A stretch of DNA of 64,000 nucleotides. Source: an uncultured virus (IMG/VR IMGVR_UViG_3300031998_000082). Lineage: Duplodnaviria; Heunggongvirae; Uroviricota; Caudoviricetes. Under the pieces are notes generated by a model, which had not been told where the DNA came from, ran no database searches, and worked only from the letters and a program-made list of their open reading frames with translations. The DNA lies in the IMG/VR virus record IMGVR_UViG_3300031998_000082; one strand, 5' to 3'. Position numbers and translations under genes: made by a program. This document shows positions 17,572 through 27,334 of this stretch, in pieces (within the stretch, counting starts at the first letter, position 1; each line of letters opens with the position of its first letter).

Positions 17572-18030
17572 ATGTCAGTATCAGTTGATATCAGCAACAT
17601 AATATTACAGCAGTTACAGGATATTGTTGATGATGCAACTATGCTTGAAATTCATACAGCTTTTGCAAAGCGATGTGACCCGTATGTTCCTATGGACGAA
17701 GGCGCCCTTTCACAATCAGCATTTGCGCAGATAACTCCAGAATACGTACAATGGGGAAATGAAGCTGTTCCGTATGCACATTATCTGTATGAGGGTAATG
17801 TCTACGGACCTAATATCCCGATATTTGAAAATGGTGTAATTGTCGGATGGTTCAGCATACCAAATATGCCAAAATCACCTACAGGTAGGTCAATGAACTA
17901 CAGCACAGAAAAGCATCCGAGAGCTACAGCACATTGGGATGAGGTCATGATGCAGGAACAGGGTGAAGAATTTACCAAAGACGTTGAAAATATATTGTTG
18001 AGGAGGGCAAGAGAGATTTATGGCAGATAG
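17572..18030 (+). CDS. neck / minor capsid protein (A118 Minor_capsid_2-like)
   Basis: DPYVPMDEGAL, PYAHYLYEG, HP.AT.HW motifs. Confidence 0.8.
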   Translation: MSVSVDISNIILQQLQDIVDDATMLEIHTAFAKRCDPYVPMDEGALSQSAFAQITPEYVQWGNEAVPYAHYLYEGNVYGPNIPIFENGVIVGWFSIPNMPKSPTGRSMNYSTEKHPRATAHWDEVMMQEQGEEFTKDVENILLRRAREIYGR

Positions 18031-18499
18031 TAAAGAAAAGGCAGTCATAGATTTTTTATGCACATGCCCAGCAATACAGAGCAATCCTTTATTCTTTAAC
18101 TTTATCAATGCAAAAGATGATAACAAGCAGATTGTCACGATGGGCAATGATAAGAACATCAACAGACCCTATATTGATGGCAGTGTGATGAAGCGTTATA
18201 GTTTTACGCTGATTGATTATAGGTCAGTCAGCTATCAGGCAATCGTTAAGACTCAAGGTTATACAAATGAGAATGTGCAGGAGTATGCAGATATACAGGA
18301 GATTATCGATTGGATTGGCGAACAGGAAGAAGCTAAAGTCTATCCCAATTTTGGCAGTAAATGTCAGATTGAGGAAATGCGTGTTGTAACTGATAATCCT
18401 GTATTGAACGGAGTGGACACGCAGTTGAAACCTGCGTTAGCAAAATACAGCTTTACTATTCAGATTGACTATATCGACAATAGCAAAGTAATTACTTAA
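18020..18499 (+). CDS. tail terminator protein
   Basis: Synteny; YIDGS..RYSF, AKYSFTIQIDY. Confidence 0.7.
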   Translation: MADSKEKAVIDFLCTCPAIQSNPLFFNFINAKDDNKQIVTMGNDKNINRPYIDGSVMKRYSFTLIDYRSVSYQAIVKTQGYTNENVQEYADIQEIIDWIGEQEEAKVYPNFGSKCQIEEMRVVTDNPVLNGVDTQLKPALAKYSFTIQIDYIDNSKVIT

Positions 18500-18513
18500 A
18501 GGAGGAAAATACA

Positions 18514-19047
18514 ATGGGTTTTGAGTTGACTACAGGTCAGAGAGCGGATAGAAAACTTCTCATCACTGTGGCTGAGTGGACTGAAACAGGTAGTGTATCA
18601 CCCAAGAGACAGATTCTCGGACAGCGTATCGAGTCATCACAGATTGATTACAATCATGATATCTCCACCATAACCGATATTCTTGGTGAGAACTACACTG
18701 ATGTCAACAAGTCACAGCCTCAGCAGAGTTTCGAGCCTTTCACCATCACAGGTGGAAATGACTTGGCAGAGTTCCTGAATGAGAAGAGACGTAGAAACGC
18801 ACTGTCAGAGCTTGGCGATTTTACAGTTTATGTTATCACAGCATTCAAGAAGCAGGACGGAGAATATCAGGCTGAAAAGCATACCGGTTGTACAATCGTT
18901 TATAACAGCATCGGTGGTGATACCAAGACTGATATGCCTATTACTGTTTACTTCAGTAACAAGATTACTACAGGTACTGTAGATAAGCTTACTTCAGACT
19001 TTCAGTTTACACCTGACAGCACTACCACTACTACATCAGGTCTTTGA
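18514..19047 (+). CDS. major tail (tube) protein
   Basis: Synteny; TDILGENY, SIGG, GTV..FTPD; ends DSTTTTTSGL. Confidence 0.8.
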   Translation: MGFELTTGQRADRKLLITVAEWTETGSVSPKRQILGQRIESSQIDYNHDISTITDILGENYTDVNKSQPQQSFEPFTITGGNDLAEFLNEKRRRNALSELGDFTVYVITAFKKQDGEYQAEKHTGCTIVYNSIGGDTKTDMPITVYFSNKITTGTVDKLTSDFQFTPDSTTTTTSGL

Positions 19048-19114
19048 TGTAGTATAAGGCTCCGTACTTTTTAACACAATTAAATAACATTTGATATCAC
19101 AGGAGGATTGAATT

Positions 19115-19606
19115 ATGGAACAGAAGGTTTTAAATCTTGATTTATCGTCAACTAAAGGTACTAAGATTCAGGTCGATGGTAACCCTGACAAAAGCTTTAC
19201 ACTTAATCTTTCAGATTTTGGCGTTTACAATCGTATGCAGGACGGTTTGAAGCAGTTATATGATACGTTTGCAGAGCTTAAAACAAAGATGGGTGATACA
19301 GCCGAGTCAGAGGAGCCTGTTGATGAGAGTGGTGAGGACATCTCAAAATTCTTAGATGTAATGAAAGAGATGGACTTAAAGATGCGAAACATCATGGACT
19401 ATATATTCAGTGCTCCAGTATCTGAAGTATGCGCTCCCGAAGTAAGCGGATATATGTTTGATGTAATTGATGGTGAGTTACGTTTTGAACACATCATCAA
19501 CGCACTCACAAAGCTTTATGAAAATAATATTAACAAAGAGTATTATGCTTTAAAGTCCCGTATCGATAAAAAGCTTCCCGCTTATGTCAAGAATGGGAAT
19601 AAATAA
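19115..19606 (+). CDS. tail assembly chaperone
   Basis: Acidic protein between tail tube and Gp15-like gene. Confidence 0.7.
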   Translation: MEQKVLNLDLSSTKGTKIQVDGNPDKSFTLNLSDFGVYNRMQDGLKQLYDTFAELKTKMGDTAESEEPVDESGEDISKFLDVMKEMDLKMRNIMDYIFSAPVSEVCAPEVSGYMFDVIDGELRFEHIINALTKLYENNINKEYYALKSRIDKKLPAYVKNGNK

Positions 19607-19608
19607 CC

Positions 19609-20205
19609 ATGTTTGAGTATGAGTTACCAACTTCTGTGATACTCAATAATACAGCCCACGCCATACGGAGGGACGGAGACTTCCGTATGGTTCTGGACTG
19701 CTTTAGATTATTACAGGATGCAGAGCTTGAAGAAGATGAGAGAATATTGGCTTGTTTAGTGGTATTCTATGATGGGTTGAATGATATCAATGACATTCAA
19801 CAGCTTGGCGACATAGAAGAGGCAGTCAAGCAAATGTTCTCCTTTTTTAATTGTGGTCAAGAAGAAACACCAGGCTTAAAAGCGGAAGCAAAAGTTATTG
19901 ATTGGGACAAAGACGCATTAATGATAATATCAGCGATTAACAATGTTGCTGGTAAAGAGATAAGAGCTGAAAAATATCTACATTGGTGGACATTCATGTC
20001 TTATTATATGGCGATAGGCGAATGTACATTAGCCACTGTAGTTAATATACGCAGAAAAATAATTAAAGGTAAAAAGCTTGAGAAGTATGAGCAGGAGTAT
20101 GTTAATAGCAATCCCGAACTTTTCAAGCGTAATGATAATTTTACGAAAGAGGAGCAGGAATTTCTTGATGAGGTTCTTGCAAATTGGAATACGGGAGGTC
20201 AATAA
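19609..20205 (+). CDS. A118 Gp15-like tail assembly protein
   Basis: LPTSV, DFRMVL, DWDKDA and LHWWTFM motifs. Confidence 0.8.
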   Translation: MFEYELPTSVILNNTAHAIRRDGDFRMVLDCFRLLQDAELEEDERILACLVVFYDGLNDINDIQQLGDIEEAVKQMFSFFNCGQEETPGLKAEAKVIDWDKDALMIISAINNVAGKEIRAEKYLHWWTFMSYYMAIGECTLATVVNIRRKIIKGKKLEKYEQEYVNSNPELFKRNDNFTKEEQEFLDEVLANWNTGGQ

Positions 20206-20207
20206 CT

Positions 20208-22856
20208 ATGCCCGATGGAAGTGTAAAAATACCAGTAGGTCTTAACTTTGACACGGCTTTAAAAGATGCAAAACAGTTAGGCAATGAGCTTAAACGTATT
20301 TTATCCAATATCGATATGAGTAAGCTTGATGCTAAAACTTTGTCTTATATCAAGAATCTTACTAATGTCGCTAACCGCATGGAAAAGCTTGCTGGTGAAG
20401 CTCAGAAGCTTGCGGATACAAGAATACCTACGGAGCGTTATGAATCTTTAAACAAACTACTTGAACAGACAAAAAAGCGCATGGAAGAAGTTGAAGCCGA
20501 GCGCAAAAAGCTTTTAAATAAAGGCGAGAAATACGGTTCTGAGTATAAAGAGCTTGGTGAAGAGCTGGAAAGACTTCAGAAACGATATGAGAAGGTATCT
20601 GGCAATATAGCAAAGATGGAAGAGCTTGGTCAGGATACTGTAAGCGGTACAACTACTCAAGAGTATAAAAATAAAGCCGCATCATTAATGCAAGCAGTAC
20701 AGGCTGCCAATATACTTAAAGAGAAGTATGCAGAGACACATATGGGAGCCGAGCAGGTCATCGATGATGAGGAAAAGCTTGATTTAACGCTTGGTGAAGA
20801 AATACAGCTTGCACAAGAAGCAACTAAAGAGGAAGAATCACACAAGCTGTCATTGGCAAGTCTTGGAAAAGCTTCAAAAGCAACAGCGTCAGCTATGGCA
20901 GGATTAACCAGAACTCTTTTACGCATGATTAATCCTCTTAGTTTATTATCCAAGCATTCAAGAAGCAGTAGCAGACACACAGACGATTTAGGCAAGTCAA
21001 TGAAGCGTGGTCTTATGACTTTGCTTAAATACACGCTTGGTATCAGGAGTTTGTATTTTTTATTCAGACGCTTGCGAAGTGTAGCAAAAGAAGCAATCAA
21101 AGTAATGGTACAAGAGATACCTGAGATGAACAAAGCTGTATCGGATATCGTTACAGCATTTAAGGGCTTGAAAGCTTCAGTTGGAACACTTGTACAGCCA
21201 TTTATACAGGCTTTTGCGCCTGCAATTACATTAGCGATTCAGAAGGTTACTGAATTGATGAACAAGATGGCACAGCTTTTTGCTATGCTTGCGGGACAGA
21301 ATTACATCTATGAAGCATCTGTAGATTATGTAGACTATGCAAAGAGCGTGGAAGAAGCGAGCGGTTCACTTGCCGGATTTGATAAACTGAATGTAATATC
21401 TCAGCAGAAGAACGGCGTAGGACTCACTAAAGATACTGTACATTATGCTAAGAAATACTTTGATACAGTAAGTCTTGCGGATAATCAGCTTTTTAAGACT
21501 CTTGAAAATGCGCTGAAGCTTATTAAGGATATTGGTGCATCATTCAAGAAAGCATGGGAAAATGGTGCTGGCGAAAAGATACTCGGAGCAATGCAGAGAC
21601 GGCTTGAAGGCATCTTAAAGTTTGTAAACGGACTTATAACTGCTTTTGACAAAGCTTGGAATACAGCTGGAATCGGTGATGGAATTGCTGAAGCTTTGCT
21701 CGGTATATTTGCAGATATTTATAGTTTTGTTGCAGATATTACAGAAGATTTAGCAGAGTGGGCAGTTGACCTTGATTTAGCTCCACTATTAACGACAGTT
21801 AAAGGACTACTTGAAAAGGTGCATGAATTTTTACAGCCGATATTCAAGTTTTTACGCAAGATTTGGAAAGACATTTTACTTCCTCTTGGCAAGTGGTTAG
21901 TCGAAAAATTGCTTCCTGTTTTAGGCGATTTAGCGGGAAGTGTGTTTGACAAAATCACTAAGTTTTTAGAGTGGGTAGAACCTAAGCTTGAGTGGTTGAT
22001 TGACAATGTAATTAAGCCGATTGCTGAGACTCTTGGAGAAGCACTTTTAGACATCATTGAGGACATACAGGAATTTTTAGATGGTGATTTTTCAGATACA
22101 TTACAAGGTGTGTTTGACTTCTTAGATACAGTCGTTATGCCAATACTTGAATATCTGTTTGGATTTCTTACAATACTATTACAGAGTGCTATACGTTCTG
22201 TAGCAAGGCTTATAAAGAACACTATAGGCTCACTTGGAAATCTATTTAAGGATTTCAAGCAGATACTTAGTGGTGTAGTAGATTTCATAACTGGCGTGTT
22301 CTCAGGCGATATGGAACAAGCTATGGAAGGACTCAAGAAGATATTCTTTGGAGCATTCAATGCAATTATATCAGCAATAGAGTGGTTAATTAACGCCGCA
22401 ATCGATGCCGCAAATGCTGTAAGCAGTCTTATTGGTATAGAGCTTGATAACGTGCATCTTGCAAGATATGGCGAGACTGAGGAAGAGTATAATAAGGCAG
22501 TACAGGATGCAAAGCGTCATCAGCTTGTTGCTGGAGATGTCGGAGAGAAATGGAAAAATCTTACACCAGAAGAGCTTGAAAATATAAAAAAGAAGTTTGG
22601 TCGTATTCCTTTTGGAGCAAGTGGTATGGTACTTCCTCCTAATAAACCATTCTTGGCGATGGTTGGAGACCAGACGAACGGTACAAACGTAGAAGCTCCT
22701 TTATCAACAATAGAACAGGCAGTTGCAAATGTAGTGTCAAAGATGGGAGTCAAAGTTATATTTGATGTTAAGGGAGACCCTAAAGGATTGTTCAAGGTAT
22801 GGCAGAAAGAAGCCAAAGTCTACTCAATGCAGTTTCCCAATGAGAGTCTTGTTTAA
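20208..22856 (+). CDS. tape measure protein
   Basis: Long helical/amphipathic repeats; LAGFDKLN; C-term PPNKPFLAMVGDQTNGTNVEAPL. Confidence 0.9.
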   Translation: MPDGSVKIPVGLNFDTALKDAKQLGNELKRILSNIDMSKLDAKTLSYIKNLTNVANRMEKLAGEAQKLADTRIPTERYESLNKLLEQTKKRMEEVEAERKKLLNKGEKYGSEYKELGEELERLQKRYEKVSGNIAKMEELGQDTVSGTTTQEYKNKAASLMQAVQAANILKEKYAETHMGAEQVIDDEEKLDLTLGEEIQLAQEATKEEESHKLSLASLGKASKATASAMAGLTRTLLRMINPLSLLSKHSRSSSRHTDDLGKSMKRGLMTLLKYTLGIRSLYFLFRRLRSVAKEAIKVMVQEIPEMNKAVSDIVTAFKGLKASVGTLVQPFIQAFAPAITLAIQKVTELMNKMAQLFAMLAGQNYIYEASVDYVDYAKSVEEASGSLAGFDKLNVISQQKNGVGLTKDTVHYAKKYFDTVSLADNQLFKTLENALKLIKDIGASFKKAWENGAGEKILGAMQRRLEGILKFVNGLITAFDKAWNTAGIGDGIAEALLGIFADIYSFVADITEDLAEWAVDLDLAPLLTTVKGLLEKVHEFLQPIFKFLRKIWKDILLPLGKWLVEKLLPVLGDLAGSVFDKITKFLEWVEPKLEWLIDNVIKPIAETLGEALLDIIEDIQEFLDGDFSDTLQGVFDFLDTVVMPILEYLFGFLTILLQSAIRSVARLIKNTIGSLGNLFKDFKQILSGVVDFITGVFSGDMEQAMEGLKKIFFGAFNAIISAIEWLINAAIDAANAVSSLIGIELDNVHLARYGETEEEYNKAVQDAKRHQLVAGDVGEKWKNLTPEELENIKKKFGRIPFGASGMVLPPNKPFLAMVGDQTNGTNVEAPLSTIEQAVANVVSKMGVKVIFDVKGDPKGLFKVWQKEAKVYSMQFPNESLV

Positions 22857-22888
22857 GTAGTTGTAAATAGAAAGAAGGTGTGTTATAA

Positions 22889-23320
22889 TTGGCTTATGAA
22901 GGATACTTGATTAAAATAAAGGCAATATCTGGAAGTCAAACAGCAGATTGGGATTACGTGATTCCAATGGGAGCTATTGTGTATGAAAGCTATAAAGCCA
23001 CATACTCAGTATTGGATGAGGATGCAAAGCGAGCTGGCACTGGTAAACTTAGAAGAACAACATATCCGCATAAAGTCGGTCATTGTAAATTTACTTTCAG
23101 ACAGATGGACAATACTCAGCTTTTTGGTATCTTGGAATTGATACAGCTACATTATGTCAAGAAGCGTCAGAAAAAAGTAAAAGCAAGTATCTGGATACCG
23201 GAGATTAACGGTTATGTTACAGACTATTTCTATATCCCTGATATTGAATTTACAATTTTAAGGACTGAGGGCAATAAAGTCATATATAGTGCTACAGAGA
23301 TGGAGCTTATAGGGTACTAA
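22889..23320 (+). CDS. distal tail protein-like
   Basis: Immediately after tape measure gene; TTG start; ends ELIGY. Confidence 0.65.
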   Translation: MAYEGYLIKIKAISGSQTADWDYVIPMGAIVYESYKATYSVLDEDAKRAGTGKLRRTTYPHKVGHCKFTFRQMDNTQLFGILELIQLHYVKKRQKKVKASIWIPEINGYVTDYFYIPDIEFTILRTEGNKVIYSATEMELIGY

Positions 23321-23332
23321 GGAGGAATTTGT

Positions 23333-25918
23333 ATGATAGATACATACGATTACATAGACCTGTTTTCAGAGCATGAAACAGTACATCTAATCATAGTTAA
23401 TTCTTCCGCTACTGTCACTCCTGTTGAAGATTCAGCACCTACAATAACTGATGCTGATTTTACATTGACTGAAGCAAATATGGACGGAGATTCAATAGCC
23501 CTTGGTGAAGCACTTAACGAAAGCCAGAATCTGAAGTTTGGTTCAATGCATCCGTCAAAGTTTGAGATTGATATCTTTAATGATATAAGCATTACATCCT
23601 TAAAAGATGATGAGATAAAAGTATATATCTATTTTGATGAGGACAGCAGTACACTTTTCCAAGTGGGTTTGTATGTTGTCAAGATGGATGAATATTCAGA
23701 TGACAGGGAAACACGCCATTTGACTTGTTTTGACGTTTTACAGGACTTATATGATTACGACATTACTAAGTTGTATAATAAGCTGTATGCGTCAAATTCC
23801 ACTGTTTCCGTAGAGGATTGGAGAAATGCAATATTTGAGTGGCTGACAACACCTAAAAGTCAAACAACATCTATCGGTATAAAGGGTGCTGGATATGAAT
23901 ATACATTATCTCAAGAGACCATTGAGCTTATAAATGATGACTTTGAAATTGAAAAGAGCATTGAAAGTGATGTCATTACTTTCGGCTTTGTAATGGAAGG
24001 ACTTCTTGAAGCAAACGGAGTATTTGGTCATATTGATAGAACAGGTGTATTTAGATATATAAGCTTAGAAACATATGACCAGGACCCTAAGCGTATTATT
24101 ACAGAAGAGGACAGCTTTAAGCCTGTTATCTATGAGGATTATCATGTTTGGGGTATTGGTTATGTTGCTATATGGGATAGAAACAATATAAGAATAGCTT
24201 ATGAGGGTGATTCAGCTTATAGTCATCCAAGTGTTTACAACATTGTAAATAGTTTTGTATTCACAAATAACAGCGGAATCGAAGGTAGACTTAATGCTAT
24301 AAAGCAGGCCGCAAGAAATATCAGAGATAAAATCACCCATATGTGGTATTATCCCATTGAAAGCGAATGTGAAGGAAATCTTTGTTATGAAGTCGGTGAC
24401 CGTATAAATCTGGAGAATGTTACTTATGATGAGGAAACAGACGGAGTTGATGATGAAATCCCTATCGTGAAGAATTTATACTCTTATATCCTAAAACGTG
24501 AATTTACGGGTCTACAAGAGTTTACAGATGTATATTATGCTAAGGGAGACAGAAAGCAACCACGTTATAAGATAACAAATGACAGATGGCATGAAGGAGA
24601 CAGCAGTAGTGATTCCGTTGACGGTACTGACGGTGTGGGCGAGGTTACTGATGATGATGCAATCAAATTTATAAAATATTGCAGAAACATTGGTATAAGA
24701 CTTTTACAGGAACCTACTGTAAATCTTGAATATGTAAGGTCAGGCGGAACACATCAAGTAGAAATAACATGGACTGACCCTTCTGATATTACAAACTTTA
24801 AACCCGTTCCTTGTACATGGGCAGGAACGATTGTTGTAAGGAGTGAAGGAAGTCCTCCTGTTCATCCTTGGGATAACTGTACTATACTTGTTACAAGCAC
24901 GACAAGAAATGAATACAGCGAAACACCTTTTGTTGATGATACGATTGAGGAAAATAAAAAGTACTATTACGGTATTTTCCCGTATCATATAGCATTAGAC
25001 GATAATGACAATCCGATAAAGTATTACAGATTCACAAAAGTATTAAGTGTCAATACACAGAAACTTTTGATGTCTCCTTTGATTTCAGCACATACAGTAA
25101 GTGGAACAACAGTGACATTGACAATAAGCATACCAGAATTGGAAGATGGTACTTACAGTTACATCAAAGCAGTTGCGAAAAAGGGAAGTATTCCTGCAAG
25201 CAAGACGGATGGTGTTGTTAAAGATGTAAGTGCAAGTGATACAAGTGTTACGTTTGACGGATTAGATGATAACAGCCATTATTACTTTGTTATCTTTGCA
25301 AGTGACGGAACAACAGAAGTTGCAAGTGACCCTGATGATTGCATGACAGGTGTTAATGAAGGTTACGACTTTGCATATACAGGCAGTATTCAAACATTCA
25401 CCGCACCCAAGACTGGTATTTATCAGCTTGAAACTTGGGGAGCACAAGGTGGAGATGCAGAAGATACTGAAAATAATCTTGTTGCAAGAGGTGGTTATGG
25501 TGCATATGCAAAGGGCGAAGTATTCTTAACACAAGGTGAAACCCTTTACATTAATGTCGGTGGTCAGAATGGATATGGTGGTGGTGGAATAAAGATTTGG
25601 GATGGTTCAGAAATCGCTATATTGTGGTCAGGACAAAATAATAAAATGACCGTTCAAATAAGTAGTAATGCAATTCTTTTCAAACTATACACAAGTGATA
25701 CAGCCATTTATTCATTTACATCACAGGTGGGTACTTCCGTTTCAGATATTGATAAAATCAATATTGGATTTCTTATTGATACAACAAATGAAGTTGCAAA
25801 GCCATCTATCATCTACGATAACGGGGATAATACTTACACTTATAACGCAGAAGAACCTACTGATGCTGAAATGGGTTTGATATACACATGGCTGTCGGCA
25901 GGATTGCCGAGTTCGTGA
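23333..25918 (+). CDS. tail tip/baseplate hub protein with FN3-like repeats and N-terminal part of a glycine-rich domain
   Basis: Tal-like N-terminus; ITWTDP..YYYGIFPY FN3-like segments; FAYTGSIQTFTAP..LETWGAQGG. Confidence 0.75.
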   Translation: MIDTYDYIDLFSEHETVHLIIVNSSATVTPVEDSAPTITDADFTLTEANMDGDSIALGEALNESQNLKFGSMHPSKFEIDIFNDISITSLKDDEIKVYIYFDEDSSTLFQVGLYVVKMDEYSDDRETRHLTCFDVLQDLYDYDITKLYNKLYASNSTVSVEDWRNAIFEWLTTPKSQTTSIGIKGAGYEYTLSQETIELINDDFEIEKSIESDVITFGFVMEGLLEANGVFGHIDRTGVFRYISLETYDQDPKRIITEEDSFKPVIYEDYHVWGIGYVAIWDRNNIRIAYEGDSAYSHPSVYNIVNSFVFTNNSGIEGRLNAIKQAARNIRDKITHMWYYPIESECEGNLCYEVGDRINLENVTYDEETDGVDDEIPIVKNLYSYILKREFTGLQEFTDVYYAKGDRKQPRYKITNDRWHEGDSSSDSVDGTDGVGEVTDDDAIKFIKYCRNIGIRLLQEPTVNLEYVRSGGTHQVEITWTDPSDITNFKPVPCTWAGTIVVRSEGSPPVHPWDNCTILVTSTTRNEYSETPFVDDTIEENKKYYYGIFPYHIALDDNDNPIKYYRFTKVLSVNTQKLLMSPLISAHTVSGTTVTLTISIPELEDGTYSYIKAVAKKGSIPASKTDGVVKDVSASDTSVTFDGLDDNSHYYFVIFASDGTTEVASDPDDCMTGVNEGYDFAYTGSIQTFTAPKTGIYQLETWGAQGGDAEDTENNLVARGGYGAYAKGEVFLTQGETLYINVGGQNGYGGGGIKIWDGSEIAILWSGQNNKMTVQISSNAILFKLYTSDTAIYSFTSQVGTSVSDIDKINIGFLIDTTNEVAKPSIIYDNGDNTYTYNAEEPTDAEMGLIYTWLSAGLPSS

Positions 25919-25969
25919 TAAAATAACGGTTTTATCCATATAAAATGATTATTTTATGGAGGTGATTAA

Positions 25970-26575
25970 ATGCAAATAGTAGGGCCTTCCGGTTATTTTA
26001 CTGGTATAGAGTGCGATATTGCACCAATAGTTAATTGTGACGCATTTGTGCATTATACGAGCTCGGTTTCGGGCTGGCCAGGCGGTGGCTATAATTCCGC
26101 TTTTGCTTGGTGGCGCGAACGTGTAAGTATTTATGAGTTTTCCGGCGTTTCGTGTTTTATGATATGGGATAGCCAGCCAACAATGCTAAAAGTAAATGGG
26201 AATAGTGAGTTAGGCTCTATACAATACGATAGTACAACAGGGTATTATGCCACTCTTGTTGGCATAAGTGGCGGCTATAGCTTAGTCACTTCGCAGCCCG
26301 TGACAGCTTTAGAGACATTTCACTTGTACGGGACAGGCTCGGGCTATGCGGTTGATTATACGCCGTATTTTGAATATATAAGCGAGCAAGTTATATTATA
26401 TAACTGGATAAGTGTTCCGGCAATAAGCGGTAAAAATGGGATTTTATTACCTTTATCAACATTAAACGATATAAATAACGGCGAGGAAGTAATAACGTCA
26501 GATACAAGCAAATTCAATTTAGCAGAGGCTTCTAATGTGCAGAATAGAGTAGATGCTGTTTTAAATAATTTTTAA
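25970..26575 (+). CDS. putative tail fibre/receptor-binding accessory protein
   Basis: GGAGG RBS; lies within tail fibre locus; aromatic/beta-rich; appears more GC-rich than neighbours. Confidence 0.6.
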   Translation: MQIVGPSGYFTGIECDIAPIVNCDAFVHYTSSVSGWPGGGYNSAFAWWRERVSIYEFSGVSCFMIWDSQPTMLKVNGNSELGSIQYDSTTGYYATLVGISGGYSLVTSQPVTALETFHLYGTGSGYAVDYTPYFEYISEQVILYNWISVPAISGKNGILLPLSTLNDINNGEEVITSDTSKFNLAEASNVQNRVDAVLNNF

Positions 26576-26638
26576 ACTCCCCTCCCCTCAAATAATAAAA
26601 GAGGTGGAGAGGGGATATTGAGAAAGGAGGGTGAGAGC

Positions 26639-27334
26639 ATGGGATTTACATTCACTTGGAGTAATGGAAGTAGAGGAAATAGATTTGATAATGGATTGGA
26701 TTCATTTGAGTATGTTAACACAAAAACCATATGTCGCTCCGCTATTTATAATAATACATCAAGTAAATGGGGTTCTTATTATTCTTTTGTTGTTGGCGTA
26801 TCTTCATCGCAGAATTATACATACATAGATGGTGGCTCAGAAACTTCCCAAAATGATTTAATAGATGATGAAAATGGTCATTATATAAAGTTAACTGGAA
26901 CTTTTACATATAATAGTGAAACTTATATCTTACCGCTTCTTAATACATTTTCCACAAAAGGTACTTTTGCAAGCGATGATATACCTGTATTCACAAATAA
27001 AGCAGATTTTATAGAATACATAACCACACCAGCTCCTGTATCAGCTATAACAGCTAATGGTGGTGGTGCTACTCACATAGCAAAAGTCACAGGACAGTTG
27101 AAAAATCTGTCAAGCAATCTATCCGACATACTGTTAGTAAGCGGTGGCGGTGGCGGTGGAATTATAGTTGGCGAAGATGCTTACACAGGCAAAGATGCAG
27201 GTGGTATAAGTGGTAGTGGTGATAATTCAGCTAATCAAACCACGGGATATGCTTTCGGACAGGGTGAAAGTGATGAAGGTGTATCTGGTGGCGGTGGTGG
27301 ATTGTATGGTGGATATAAAGGAGGAACAAGTTAA
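26639..27334 (+). CDS. tail fibre accessory protein carrying the middle part of a glycine-rich domain
   Basis: GGAGG RBS; NGGGATHIA..LLVSGGGGGG..FGQG..GGGGGLYGG. Confidence 0.65.
   Translation: MGFTFTWSNGSRGNRFDNGLDSFEYVNTKTICRSAIYNNTSSKWGSYYSFVVGVSSSQNYTYIDGGSETSQNDLIDDENGHYIKLTGTFTYNSETYILPLLNTFSTKGTFASDDIPVFTNKADFIEYITTPAPVSAITANGGGATHIAKVTGQLKNLSSNLSDILLVSGGGGGGIIVGEDAYTGKDAGGISGSGDNSANQTTGYAFGQGESDEGVSGGGGGLYGGYKGGTS

Noticed and set aside
19115..20205. Programmed -1 frameshift between tail chaperone genes
   Set aside because: No clear slippery heptamer at the end of 19115..19606; the second gene has its own ATG, as in A118-type gp14/gp15
21719..22360. Long minus-strand ORFs (e.g. 213 aa opposite the tape measure gene; also 47507..47995 and 5230..5703)
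   Set aside because: Antisense shadows of well-supported + strand genes, with no RBS or family motifs
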